Of a stretch of DNA of 64,000 bases, positions 1 to 11,579 are shown piece by piece; the first letter of the stretch is position 1; each line of letters opens with the position of its first letter. The notes beneath the pieces were generated by a model, which searched no databases, was not told the DNA's origin, and saw nothing but the letters and a program-made list of their open reading frames with translations. A program made the position numbers and the translations under genes. This DNA is from Raillietiella orientalis (Eukaryota). The stretch covers positions 10,912,001 to 10,976,000 of the forward strand of contig JAYWIR010000001.1 in assembly GCA_036172245.1 (NCBI GenBank). The letters are read 5' to 3'.

Positions 1-3000
1 CAATCTCACTCCAGAAAGTCATGGATTTAGAGCCCATTCGAAGGGAATGGACAAAGGAGAGGAAGACAAATGTCTTCAGGGCATCGATCTCCTGCCACAA
101 TGCCAGTGGCGCATCGAAAACTGTGTCCACATCGTCCAGTATGTCGGTGTAGAGCGCATGGCTCCGAATAGCATCGAAGTCCACAGGCTTTCCGAGATAG
201 TTGCATGTGCGAGCGTCTTTGAGAGCGGGTGTGGGATCGCCAGCGATCTCAAAAGACATCTGTCTGACTGTTCTGGGAGTGGACACGTCGTAGTGGAATG
301 AGGCACGTTTTCTGGCATTTATCGACAGCCCTAAACTCTAGAGATACAGCGCGTGTACTTGCAAGCTCTCGGCGTCCTTTGTTAAGACAACCAGGTCATC
401 CGCATAAGCTAGCAGTGTCACTCCGGACACTTTTGTCTTGATGCCCTGGCATGTGGGTTTTATGGCTACTTCGAACAGTAGTCCAGAGAGAGTGCGGCCC
501 TGCTTTACCTCACTAGAGATGTACATGGGCGGAGAGAGCCCGGTAGAGGTCAAAACCTAGGTAGGTGGTGTTGTCTGTGTACATGTCGCAAATCAGTTCC
601 ACAGAAGTGTTGCCTGTTCCGGCACAGTGGAACGCACAAGGAAGCTGTGAATGGGGGATCGAGGCAAAAGCGTCCTCTAGATCCATCCACGCCGCACAGA
701 GTGTGAGATGCTGCCTCCGGCTATAGTCCATGAGATGCGCAAGCACAAAGTTATGCTCTCGCACCCCCCATCGAAGGGAAAAAAAAATCCCCTTTCATGA
801 GGACCTATAACCGCGTTCCAGTGAATCCAATCTCGCATGCGCCTGGCCATGCATTTGGTAAAAATCTTGGTCAGCAGCTATGCCGAAGTCCCAAGGGAAC
901 GGCTGAAGGCAGGAGATGCACCGAAGAACTTGGAGAGGGTGCGTATGGATGCTTGCGGGGCCGACCCTGTGGGTATCCCGTTGAGGACAAGTCGAATCGC
1001 ACGTCTCCGATTCCTGCTATGTAGGCGCTGAATAGCCCTTGGGGTTGGATGGCAATCGATTGAAGCGAGAAGGAACGGAGGCGAAGAGCGTGTCGAATGG
1101 TCGTGTAGATGGAGAAGAGAGTTCGCACAGCCAGCCTCAACTGTCAATGGTCGGAGGACGCTGAGCTAAGTCATCTCGAGTTTGGGTAGCCTCGTCAAGG
1201 AATGCCACGGGACTCAGCGCATTGCGGGCTATCAAACAACGTTGTCCTCGACGGCGCCCTTGCACGCGTGCTCGTCCAAGGATGACTCGGAGCTACATTC
1301 TCCTAGGGGTGAGGCTCGCTTGCATCAACGAGCAGGACGAATCTGGATCCAGAGGACGGGCGGTGATCCTTGCCTCTGTTCAGATTCCCCGCTCTGAGGG
1401 TGGCGGGTCCGAGTACGCGTGGCCTGTGGATGGTTAGCATTGAGCGGCATTCGGCGGCTACGTGCTCGCACTGTTTGCCACTCCTGCTCAAGAGGCGGGC
1501 GGGGGCCGGCGGGACAGGCGGTTGCGCACGCTCAGATCTTGGTAGAAGAACCGTGTCTGGAGCGTCGCGCGACCCCTTCCGTGGGTCTGCTGGCCTACCT
1601 GTGCGAGGCCGCAGGTGGCCGCGCGCGACATCCTCACGGTAGTCTGACCGAGGCCGCGTGGCTCTATCAGCGCTGGGAGGCAACGTTGGCTGGCCGCCGC
1701 GGATGCGTGGTTGTTGATGCCGGCGTTCCTGTCTGCCCGGAGCATCATGCCATCATGCTACGGTGGTTGGAAAGCGCCTTCTGGTTATGGAATCGTTGGC
1801 CGCAGTTGGCAGCTGGGCAGACAAGTGGAGGAGGCAGAGCAAAGGGTCGAAGAGGTCTGGGGCCACAACGATGCCTCCACAGAGGAGGAGTTGAGTGCTT
1901 GTCGCACTGCCTGCAGATAAAGTAGGTTCCGTTGTTATCGGAATCCCGTGCGCGGTATGAATGTGTCGCCGGAGCGATCCTAGGACGCGTTTGGATTCCA
2001 CAGCATAGGAAGATCATCTGCATCCGGGGAGAGGGCAGGACACGCTGGTGGCAGTCGGGAGGTAGACAGTCAGCACGTCATCCTCCGACAGCACATAGTG
2101 AGGTGGCAATTCGAGTTGCGTGAACCTATTCTGCTCTGCGTGCTGGGTTCTGCCAGTTTGCAGCTCAGTCTGCTCCAGCTCAGTTGGTATGTCCTGTTGG
2201 GCCTCAGGTCGCGTTTCGGGTCCATTAGCACGTGATGGCTTGGATGCGATCGAACCTGGGGATTCGAGCAGTCACCCGCCTCCTCCTTTGCCCTTTTTGT
2301 TCGCCGCAGCGTACGTAAGCTGGAAGTACTGGAGGTGCTGGTTGCAGGCTTGGCACATCCTGGATGATCAGGTCTTGCCTGTGAGGTGGAGATTGGTGGT
2401 CGGAAAACTCCATTCCAGTCCGAGACGGAGACGCCTCGGTTAGCACGGAGTCATGGGGACTGCCTGTCTCATGCTGGCCGCATGGGCTAGGCAGGGTTAG
2501 CGGTCCTCTCGGCGCCGGCTACCGTATACCAACCGCTCAATATCAGCCTCGGGTAATGGGGATAGTGCTACCATAGGCCCAGCTCTGAGGCGCGGATCAT
2601 CCAGATATATCTCCGGAGTGGACGAAAGCACTGGGAGGCAGGAGTTTGATTCCGCAGGTGTGGCATGCAAGGGTGAGCTCGGCAGCGGGGGAAAGTCGTC
2701 ATCCAGGAGGGAACGTATAGGCGGGCGGGTGGTGGACTGCCGACACGGTGTCTCCGGCGATGGGGGCCTTCTACGTGTGCTGGGAGCACATTGCAAGCTT
2801 ATGCTGTCTGAGCGACTCAGAGCACTTGGGGTGCAGAGCATCGCTTCCGGTGGCTGGTCCACTTCCTTGGTGGCATCCCTGCCGCTCCAGACATCCATCT
2901 TTGTCGTGCAGAGGTGGGTGACGAAGGTCCCCGGCTGAGTAGAATCGTAGCGATTAATGAGTCCTCCGTAATATCCTGCAGAGCTTCATGCATCCGCCTT

Positions 3001-3740
3001 TGGGGGTCGGTTTTTGCGTGCCGCCACTTGAGATGCTGCCTTAAGAGGTGAGGTCTGTCAAACGATGCAGGACATTGCGAGTAACGGGTACGTAATGAAG
3101 GGAGAATGGATGACCGTGGGAGGTCATGAGGCCGGCAGAATTGAGGAGAGAAGGCCCGCTGATCGCCGTCGTAGAGGATGCATTTGGGGCAAACGTATCG
3201 AGGAGCATCGATGACCACCAGGTGGATGCTGGCTAGGTGCCCCTTGAAACTCCTATTGCGGTTCTTAGTGAGAGCCTCTGTGCACACGAACGTGCAGTCT
3301 GTAATAGGAGAAGGGCACCTCCCGTGGAGGGTCGTAGTCAATGAATAGTTGCCCACCACTTGATAGAAAAGTCGGTGGGCAGAACATGCTGGTATGCACG
3401 TTATTTTCAAAGCAACCAATGGGAGTTCGACGAGGCGAGGTACAGCCAATCAGCATGCTGCCTGCACATCGAGGAGCCAATAGGCTTGAACCGTCGGGAC
3501 TCGTTTTCCCGCGAGGAGCAAAAAAAAAGAGTCGGTGTGGCGGTGGTATTAGCCACCGGAGCCGCCAATCACCCATGCAGTTCTTGCGACAAATAGCCAC
3601 AGTCAAATGTAAGTGGTCGCGATGCAAATTTCTCCCAGTAACCCTCTTACCTTCCTGTCATGCATACTCTCTGGCTCCCCCACCATGGAAGCACACATGC
3701 GGGGGACGATTTTTGTCCACAGTTACCGCATCCCTTGTTC
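1..3740 (-). mobile_element. Decayed Utopia/NeSL-like (RLE-clade) non-LTR retrotransposon, 5' part (zinc fingers + RT)
   Basis: Frameshifted minus-strand peptides: C2H2-like fingers (YSQCPASFDRPHLLRQHLKWRH; CPAANCGQRFHNQKALSNH) and RT motifs EHNFVL..AWMDLEDAFASIPH, VKQGRTLSGLLF, LAYADDLVVL. Confidence 0.85.
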
Positions 3741-3781
3741 TTTTATTGAGACATTTAAGTATATATTTTTGCCTATTTTTG
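1..3781. repeat. Left arm of large inverted duplication (pairs with 6021-9798); runs off the window start
   Basis: Position 1 pairs with 9798 and 3781 with 6021. Mirror ORFs have identical translations (e.g. 2817..3449- = 6353..6985+; 2497..2898- = 6904..7305+). Confidence 0.97.
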
Positions 3782-3785
3782 AGAT

Positions 3786-4655
3786 GCGAAGTGGGAGGTT
3801 GACATAAAAATCTTCGGAAGGGAGAAGAAGATTGGAGAATGTTAGACGGGCCAGCTAACAGACGCTGCCACCCCGAGTACGCCTCCCAATGGACTTGTGC
3901 GCTGGGGCGCGCTGCTCGATGTTCCGAGTGAACATCTGAAGTGGCCCCCGGTGCTCATGAACAACTCCACCCTCCCCTTAAAATGGCAGGAGTCGGCTCT
4001 ACTATTGCAGCACTGCGGATTCCCCTGCAACGCCCACCGACACCACTGGACCTGGAGAGCGGTGAACCCCAATTGCGTTAGGTGTGGGGAACATGAGTAC
4101 CTCCCCCACCTACTTGTGGATTGTGTTTTCCTTCGACCCCTCTGGCTCCGCTTTGCCGCTGCCATCCGTATCCCCTGCGGTGACCCCACGGGCGATATGA
4201 AAGTCCTCTTCGTTCCCTCCGCCCTCCGCCCTGCGGCTTCGTTAGCAGCCCTGTGCTGCCTACGCGGGATCGTCGCCGCTTGGAGCAAGGCAACGGGAGG
4301 ACCTCGAGATAAGGTGCCATCCAGCGTGCCGCCCAATTTTTGGAGAGTGCGACGCGATGACGCCACCTGGATCCACGAATTCAGAGAGAGCTTTCCGGCA
4401 TCCTGCGAAGGATGCAACGGCCCCAGCAGCAACAGTGATCCCTTCCCGTACCCTCCTACGTTTTCTTGTCTTTTTGTTTAGCTTTTTTGTTTATGCCTGC
4501 TTCCCCCTGCTGCCGTGGAGCACCGCACCGGTCTGCGAACCGGTGACCCGGCAGGCTCTGTGTTTCTTCGTGCGTGGCTGGAGCACTGGTCCAGCCACGG
4601 GACGTCTTTGTTAAAGTTTGTAATAATAAACTCCCCGGCGAAACCCGCGTGAAAA
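3786..4655 (+). mobile_element. L1/Tx1-like retrotransposon 3' fragment (ORF2 zf-RVT + 3' UTR), copy A
   Basis: ORF 3897..4481 contains NCVRCGEHEYLPHLLVDC (zf-RVT-like). Ends AATAAActccccggcgaaacccgcgtgaaaa. Strongly similar to 20700-21290 (-) and 55245-55541 (+). Confidence 0.85.
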
Positions 4656-5142
4656 TCGAAAGCTTCGTGCAGACTGCAAGGGCTCCGGGAGAGTCTGATC
4701 CTTGGTGGCCTTCCCCTCCCTGGTAAGAGGAGAATCCTGGATTGTCTTGTCCCGCCACCGCAATCCTTGATTGCACCTGTTACTATGTGTTCGCGAGGAA
4801 AAAGTTTGCTTCCCTGGTTCTTCCGGGAAGAGCGTACGTTTGCTCCGGACTGATCACGGATTCAGCCACCCGCCCCAGTCGCTCCGCCTTCTGTTTGGCA
4901 AGCAACTTCGCATCCGATTCACCACTGTGATAGGTCTCCAGTTTCCGATGTTGCGGAGGTCTCCTCCCGAAGGGAGGAGACGTATTCTTGCTGACCGGAA
5001 CGAGTAGGGAACATCTCGTTCGCCGATCAGCAGTCCTAGTCGGTGCACCTTGGGGACCACAGCTTCCGCGAAGCATTGGTAAAGGCGGTCAAGCCGTCCT
5101 CCCCTGGTTCCCTACGCCTTTTAAGGTTTCCGATGGCGGAGA
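4656..5142 (-). mobile_element. L1/Tx1-like RT N-terminal fragment, copy B
   Basis: RSARIRLLPSGGDLRNIGNWRPITVVN / DAKLLAK..ERLGRVAESVISPEQTYALPGR; colinear with 55542-56045. Confidence 0.85.
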
Positions 5143-6061
5143 GCCTTTATCCGAACACATCAGACCAACATGAACAAATACGCCGACCTGGCTGCCCGGC
5201 TGCGTGAACAAGGGTTCTCCACAATCAACCAAGCAATTGTGGTTGGCTCATGGGACCCAGAAAACTTTTGTTTTCCATTTTGGGTTATTACAATAGCTGT
5301 TGCTGGAATGGTTCTGGAGAATCTTCCGCGGTTGTTTTTTTCTCCGTGTTTTTCACGGTTGTTCGGTGCTTTCTTCCGGAGGTAGAGCATTGTCCAGATC
5401 ATCTGGTTGGGCTGCGTTTCTCTTTTTTACATGCGCTGCATAGATGCTACTTGAAAAGCGAATGTTGGTGGCTACCATCCGCTGTCGTAGCTTTACAAGC
5501 TGTTTTTTACTCACTTTTTATTGGACTGCCTTCCCAGATCATCAGGTCTCTCGCTGGACAAATGTGTCGAGAGATGATCAAATTTTCCCGCGACATCTAC
5601 ATGTCACACATATCCGTGAGGGACAACACGATAGTCTGGTTTAATTGTATCAATCCCTCACGGAGCCATTCTCCCAAAGACACGCAAGTGTGGCCGTCCT
5701 GGAATTCCCACCCTCATCAGTCCTAACCCCTATACCTCCCGAGGTGGAAAGAAATGATGGAAGCCAAGATACGAATGAAACTCGCCACCCAACCGAAGAG
5801 GAGGAAGGATGGAGGAAGCTATCACCACCACCTCACCTCCCTGTAGCTCTATAAATTGTGATGTGATCCCCCGTAACATATTCGATTCCTTATGTCCGCC
5901 ATGTGTGCCAGGTCAAGCAGTGAACCAACTAGCAATTGCAAACGAATGACCGAACCATAAGAAAACCCTCTTCAACACCTTTAGAATATCCCATTGGATG
6001 TACCAAACTGTCTAAATTCCCAAAAATGGGCAAAAATATATACTTAAATGTCTCAATAAAA
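5143..6061 (+). mobile_element. Utopia/NeSL-like 3' end (RLE C-terminus + probable 3' UTR), interrupted by about 250 bp of unrelated sequence
   Basis: NKYADLAARLREQGFSTINQAIVVGSWDPEN (5170-5265), resuming as IGLPSQIIRSLAGQMCREMIKFSRDIYMSHIS (about 5520-5620), typical of the RLE-element C-terminus. AATAAA at 6055-6060. The right boundary is inferred. Confidence 0.7.
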
Positions 6062-9000
6062 GAACAAGGGATGCGGTAACTGTGGACAAAAATCGTCCCC
6101 CGCATGTGTGCTTCCATGGTGGGGGAGCCAGAGAGTATGCATGACAGGAAGGTAAGAGGGTTACTGGGAGAAATTTGCATCGCGACCACTTACATTTGAC
6201 TGTGGCTATTTGTCGCAAGAACTGCATGGGTGATTGGCGGCTCCGGTGGCTAATACCACCGCCACACCGACTCTTTTTTTTTGCTCCTCGCGGGAAAACG
6301 AGTCCCGACGGTTCAAGCCTATTGGCTCCTCGATGTGCAGGCAGCATGCTGATTGGCTGTACCTCGCCTCGTCGAACTCCCATTGGTTGCTTTGAAAATA
6401 ACGTGCATACCAGCATGTTCTGCCCACCGACTTTTCTATCAAGTGGTGGGCAACTATTCATTGACTACGACCCTCCACGGGAGGTGCCCTTCTCCTATTA
6501 CAGACTGCACGTTCGTGTGCACAGAGGCTCTCACTAAGAACCGCAATAGGAGTTTCAAGGGGCACCTAGCCAGCATCCACCTGGTGGTCATCGATGCTCC
6601 TCGATACGTTTGCCCCAAATGCATCCTCTACGACGGCGATCAGCGGGCCTTCTCTCCTCAATTCTGCCGGCCTCATGACCTCCCACGGTCATCCATTCTC
6701 CCTTCATTACGTACCCGTTACTCGCAATGTCCTGCATCGTTTGACAGACCTCACCTCTTAAGGCAGCATCTCAAGTGGCGGCACGCAAAAACCGACCCCC
6801 AAAGGCGGATGCATGAAGCTCTGCAGGATATTACGGAGGACTCATTAATCGCTACGATTCTACTCAGCCGGGGACCTTCGTCACCCACCTCTGCACGACA
6901 AAGATGGATGTCTGGAGCGGCAGGGATGCCACCAAGGAAGTGGACCAGCCACCGGAAGCGATGCTCTGCACCCCAAGTGCTCTGAGTCGCTCAGACAGCA
7001 TAAGCTTGCAATGTGCTCCCAGCACACGTAGAAGGCCCCCATCGCCGGAGACACCGTGTCGGCAGTCCACCACCCGCCCGCCTATACGGTCCCTCCTGGA
7101 TGACGACTTTCCCCCGCTGCCGAGCTCACCCTTGCATGCCACACCTGCGGAATCAAACTCCTGCCTCCCAGTGCTTTCGTCCACTCCGGAGATATATCTG
7201 GATGATCCGCGCCTCAGAGCTGGGCCTATGGTAGCACTATCCCCATTACCCGAGGCTGATATTGAGCGGTTGGTATACGGTAGCCGGCGCCGAGAGGACC
7301 GCTAACCCTGCCTAGCCCATGCGGCCAGCATGAGACAGGCAGTCCCCATGACTCCGTGCTAACCGAGGCGTCTCCGTCTCGGACTGGAATGGAGTTTTCC
7401 GACCACCAATCTCCACCTCACAGGCAAGACCTGATCATCCAGGATGTGCCAAGCCTGCAACCAGCACCTCCAGTACTTCCAGCTTACGTACGCTGCGGCG
7501 AACAAAAAGGGCAAAGGAGGAGGCGGGTGACTGCTCGAATCCCCAGGTTCGATCGCATCCAAGCCATCACGTGCTAATGGACCCGAAACGCGACCTGAGG
7601 CCCAACAGGACATACCAACTGAGCTGGAGCAGACTGAGCTGCAAACTGGCAGAACCCAGCACGCAGAGCAGAATAGGTTCACGCAACTCGAATTGCCACC
7701 TCACTATGTGCTGTCGGAGGATGACGTGCTGACTGTCTACCTCCCGACTGCCACCAGCGTGTCCTGCCCTCTCCCCGGATGCAGATGATCTTCCTATGCT
7801 GTGGAATCCAAACGCGTCCTAGGATCGCTCCGGCGACACATTCATACCGCGCACGGGATTCCGATAACAACGGAACCTACTTTATCTGCAGGCAGTGCGA
7901 CAAGCACTCAACTCCTCCTCTGTGGAGGCATCGTTGTGGCCCCAGACCTCTTCGACCCTTTGCTCTGCCTCCTCCACTTGTCTGCCCAGCTGCCAACTGC
8001 GGCCAACGATTCCATAACCAGAAGGCGCTTTCCAACCACCGTAGCATGATGGCATGATGCTCCGGGCAGACAGGAACGCCGGCATCAACAACAACGCATC
8101 CGCGGCGGCCAGCCAACGTTGCCTCCCAGCGCTGATAGAGCCACGCGGCCTCGGTCAGACTACCGTGAGGATGTCGCGCGCGGCCACCTGCGGCCTCGCA
8201 CAGGTAGGCCAGCAGACCCACGGAAGGGGTCGCGCGACGCTCCAGACACGGTTCTTCTACCAAGATCTGAGCGTGCGCAACCGCCTGTCCCGCCGGCCCC
8301 CGCCCGCCTCTTGAGCAGGAGTGGCAAACAGTGCGAGCACGTAGCCGCCGAATGCCGCTCAATGCTAACCATCCACAGGCCACGCGTACTCGGACCCCCA
8401 CCCTCAGAGCGGGGAATCTGAACAGAGGCAAGGATCAACGCCTCGTCCTCTGGATCCAGATTCGTCCTGCTCCTGTTGATGCAAGCGAGCCTCACCCCTA
8501 GGAGAAATGTAGCTCCGAGTCATCCTTGGACGAGCACGCGTGCAAGGGCGCCGTCGAGGACAACGTTGTTTGATAGCCTGCAATGCGCTGAGTCCCGTGC
8601 ATTCCTTGACGAGGCTACCCAAACTCGAGATGACTTAGCTCAGCGTCCTCCGACCATTGACAGTTGAGGCTGGCTGTGCGAACTCTCTTCTCCATCTACA
8701 CGACCATTCGACACGCTCTTCGCCTCCGTTCCGCTGCTTCAATCGATTGCCATCCAACCCCAAGGGCTATTCAGCGCCTACATAGCAGGAATCGGAGACG
8801 TGCGATTCGACTTGTCCTCAACGGGATACCCACAGGGTCGGCCCCGCAAGCATCCATACGCACCCTCTCCAAGTTCTTCGGTGCATCTCCTGCCTTCAGC
8901 CGTTCCCTTGGGACTTCGGCATAGCTGCTGACCAAGATTTTTACCAAATGCATGGCCAGGCGCATGCGAGATTGGATTCACTGGAACGCGGTTATAGGTC

Positions 9001-9798
9001 CTCATGAAAGGGGATTTTTTTTTCCCTTCGATGGGGGGTGCGAGAGCATAACTTTGTACTTGCGCATCTCATGGACTATAGCCGGAGGCAGCATCTCACA
9101 CTCTGTGCGGCGTGGATGGATCTAGAGGACGCTGCCTCGATCCCCCATTCACAGCTTCCTTGTGCGTTCCACTGTGCCGGAACAGGCAGCAACACTTCTG
9201 TGGAACTGATTTGCGACATGTACACAGACAACACCACCTACCTAGGTTTTGACCTCTGTCAGCTCTCTCCGCCCATGTACATCTCTTGGGGTGAGGTAAA
9301 GCAGGGCCGCACTCTCTCTGGAACTGTCTGGAAGTAGCCATAAACCCACATGCCGCATCAAGACAAAAGTGTCCGGAGTGACACTGCTAGCTTATGCGGA
9401 TGACCTGGTTGTCTTAACAAAGGACGCCGAGAGCTTGCAAGTACACGCGCTGTATCTCTAGAGTTTAGGGCTGTCGATAAATGCCAGAAAACGTGCCTCA
9501 TTCCACTACGACGTGTCCACTCCCAGAACAGTCAGACAGATGTCTTTTGAGATCGCTGGCGATCCCACACCCGCTCTCAAAGACGCTCGCACATGCAACT
9601 ATCTCGGAAAGCCTGTGGACTTCGATGCTATTCGGAGCCATGCGCTCTACACCGACATACTGGACGATGTGGACACAGTTTTCGATGCGCCACTGGCATT
9701 GTGGCAGGAGATCGATGCCCTGAAGACATTTGTCTTCCTCTCCTTTGTCCATTCCCTTCGAATGGGCTCTAAATCCATGACTTTCTGGAGTGAGATTG
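6021..9798. repeat. Right arm of large inverted duplication
   Basis: Reverse complement of 1-3781; near-identical apart from small indels clustered at about 8390-8740 and 9130-9360. Confidence 0.97.
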
Positions 9799-10180
9799 AC
9801 AACATTCTCAAGAAAGCGCTCCAAGAGATCCTTCCGCTGACGCAAAAGCCTCCTCGACGGAGTATCTGTACGGCTGTGTGGCCCGAGGATCCCTCCTGGG
9901 CATGCTGATCCTGGTGGAGGAGGCTGATATCGTGGCCACCGACTCCGCGTTTAAACTCTTAACGTGTCCTGACGCGGTTATTCGTCAGTTCGCCAGAGAC
10001 TCCCTGAATGAGGCCATCCGGGCAAAAGAGCGACAACAGCCAGATGCACAATTCTCCTCGGCATATCTGAGCGGGGACCGCGCTCCACCCCTACATCACC
10101 AAACAAGGGTTCCTGCAGACTTTTGGTCCGGTGTCCGGAAAGCCTCGAAGAGACTTGGCATTCAGTGGAACTACTCCCAC
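6062..10180 (+). mobile_element. Decayed Utopia/NeSL-like non-LTR retrotransposon (5' UTR, zinc fingers, RT, thumb), 3'-truncated by a Tx1-like fragment
   Basis: Same finger and RT motifs as the left arm, plus YLGKPV..APLALWQEIDALKTF..WSEIDNILKKAL and GMLILVEEADIVATDSAFKLLTCPD, characteristic post-RT segments of this clade. Many stops and frameshifts. Confidence 0.85.
6173..6396 (+). promoter_or_regulatory. Putative Pol II promoter motif cluster in the element 5' region (mirror copy at 3406-3629, - strand)
   Basis: Octamer ATTTGCAT 6173-6180; ATTGG at 6233, 6321, 6352, 6382; E2F-like CGCGGGAAAA 6289-6298; CHR-like TTTGAA 6391-6396; ATG at 6415. Confidence 0.45.
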
Positions 10181-11579
10181 AGTGCACATATTTGAGGGCT
10201 ACGGACGCCTCTTCGGGGGCATGGCCGCAGCGCGAGTCACCCCGAAAGAAAATGCGAAACTCCCCCACAAACTAGAGGTCGCAAGCGAGTCGGTTGACCT
10301 GTGGTGTGTGGGGAAGCCACGGTATTGTGGCTACTGCGATGCAGTAGGTCACCTCCGAAAGAGGTGCCCGAACATCGAGTGCTACATGTGCGAGGAGAAG
10401 GGCCACGTCCGTCGTGTGTGCCCGAAACGCCCCACCCCGATTCCCCCGGCCGCCAAAAACGAGCAAGGGAAACGCGCGGGGAAAGAAAAAGTGCAATTGC
10501 GGGAAATTGGCCGAGATCAGCTGCCATTACCCCAATCCCCAAAACCGGCGTCGGAGGACAAGGTCCCCGAAACCGTAGAGGGAGAAGAGGGCTGGCAGCT
10601 TGTCAAAGCCAAAAAAGTAAAAAGGGACAGAAGTGTCCCGAAAAAAACGGAGAAAAACGCGACCGGAGCAAAAGCGAAATCCGTGCCGCGCGTAAAAACT
10701 CTCCGTGAGTGCACGGTGACGCTGGAGCGCATTAACGTTCCTGCCGACACCACCCGAGGCGATACGCCTTCAACCGCCGTTCCCGGCGCGATCGATGCGC
10801 GCGAAGGCGCACCTCTGCGCAAGCAGAGGGTCAGCCGCGCGACAAGCTCGCCGACAGCGAGGACGCCGCCTTCGAGAAGGCCGCGGAGGAGCTTGCGGCA
10901 ACGCTCGCAGAGAGCGAGAACCCCTCGCGGAAGGGACTGCGAAGGCCGGCACCGGCGAAAATGGCCCCCGCAGGCGAGTCCGACCGGGAGGCCGGAAGTG
11001 CATCCTCCTCCGCGGAAGCACCTCCACGAAAATCGGGACGAAAGTCCCAGAAATCCCGAAGGTGCATTCCGCCTCCGAGCGAGGGAGATGCAATGGGGAA
11101 AGGTGTGGTGGACGGCAGCGTGGGAGCCCAAGACGGGCATCTCCCACGTTCGGAAGCCGACGACCAGGCGACTCCAATGGAGGAGGGTGCCCAGGGGAGA
11201 GCAATGCCCCCTACATCCGTCCAACCTGAACATCCCGCACCCATGGAGGTGGGCGTACAGGTAGGCAGAACACCGCCTTCTCATGAGGAGCCGGACACGT
11301 CGGCACCTAAGAAGGATGGGGAGTTGGTGGGCGAGACGCCAACCCCGTCCAGCGACCCGCCCCAACAGGTGGCGGGACCCCCACCGCCAGGTTCCCAGGC
11401 ATAACACCTGGACTCGCCTGTCGCCGTCGGATCCGCGTGGTCTGTTGGAACGTCAACGGGCTGCGCGACACACACAGCCGCCACCCTGCGTGACTTCGAC
11501 CTGGCGCTTCTGCAGGAGATCCACGTGATCCCCGCAGGAGACGTCCAGGAGATCGAAACGATCGCGGGGGGTCGGTTGT
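10180..11579 (+). mobile_element. L1/Tx1-like fragment, copy C: ORF1 (two CCHC gag knuckles, frameshifted low-complexity tail) and the start of the ORF2 AP endonuclease
   Basis: CGYCDAVGHLRKRC and CYMCEEKGHVRRVC in ORF 10131..11264; IRVVCWNVNGL...DLALLQEIH at about 11430-11525 (APE motifs WNVNGL / LQETH). Confidence 0.85.

Noticed and set aside
6085-6345. HDV-like ribozyme in the RLE element 5' UTR (CTCCTCGCG resembles the L3 loop)
   Set aside because: I could not build the nested double pseudoknot by eye; an RNArobo/Infernal search is needed.
10517-11407. 296-aa - strand ORF and other overlapping GC-rich ORFs
   Set aside because: Antisense to the low-complexity ORF1 tail of copy C; expected by chance at this GC content.
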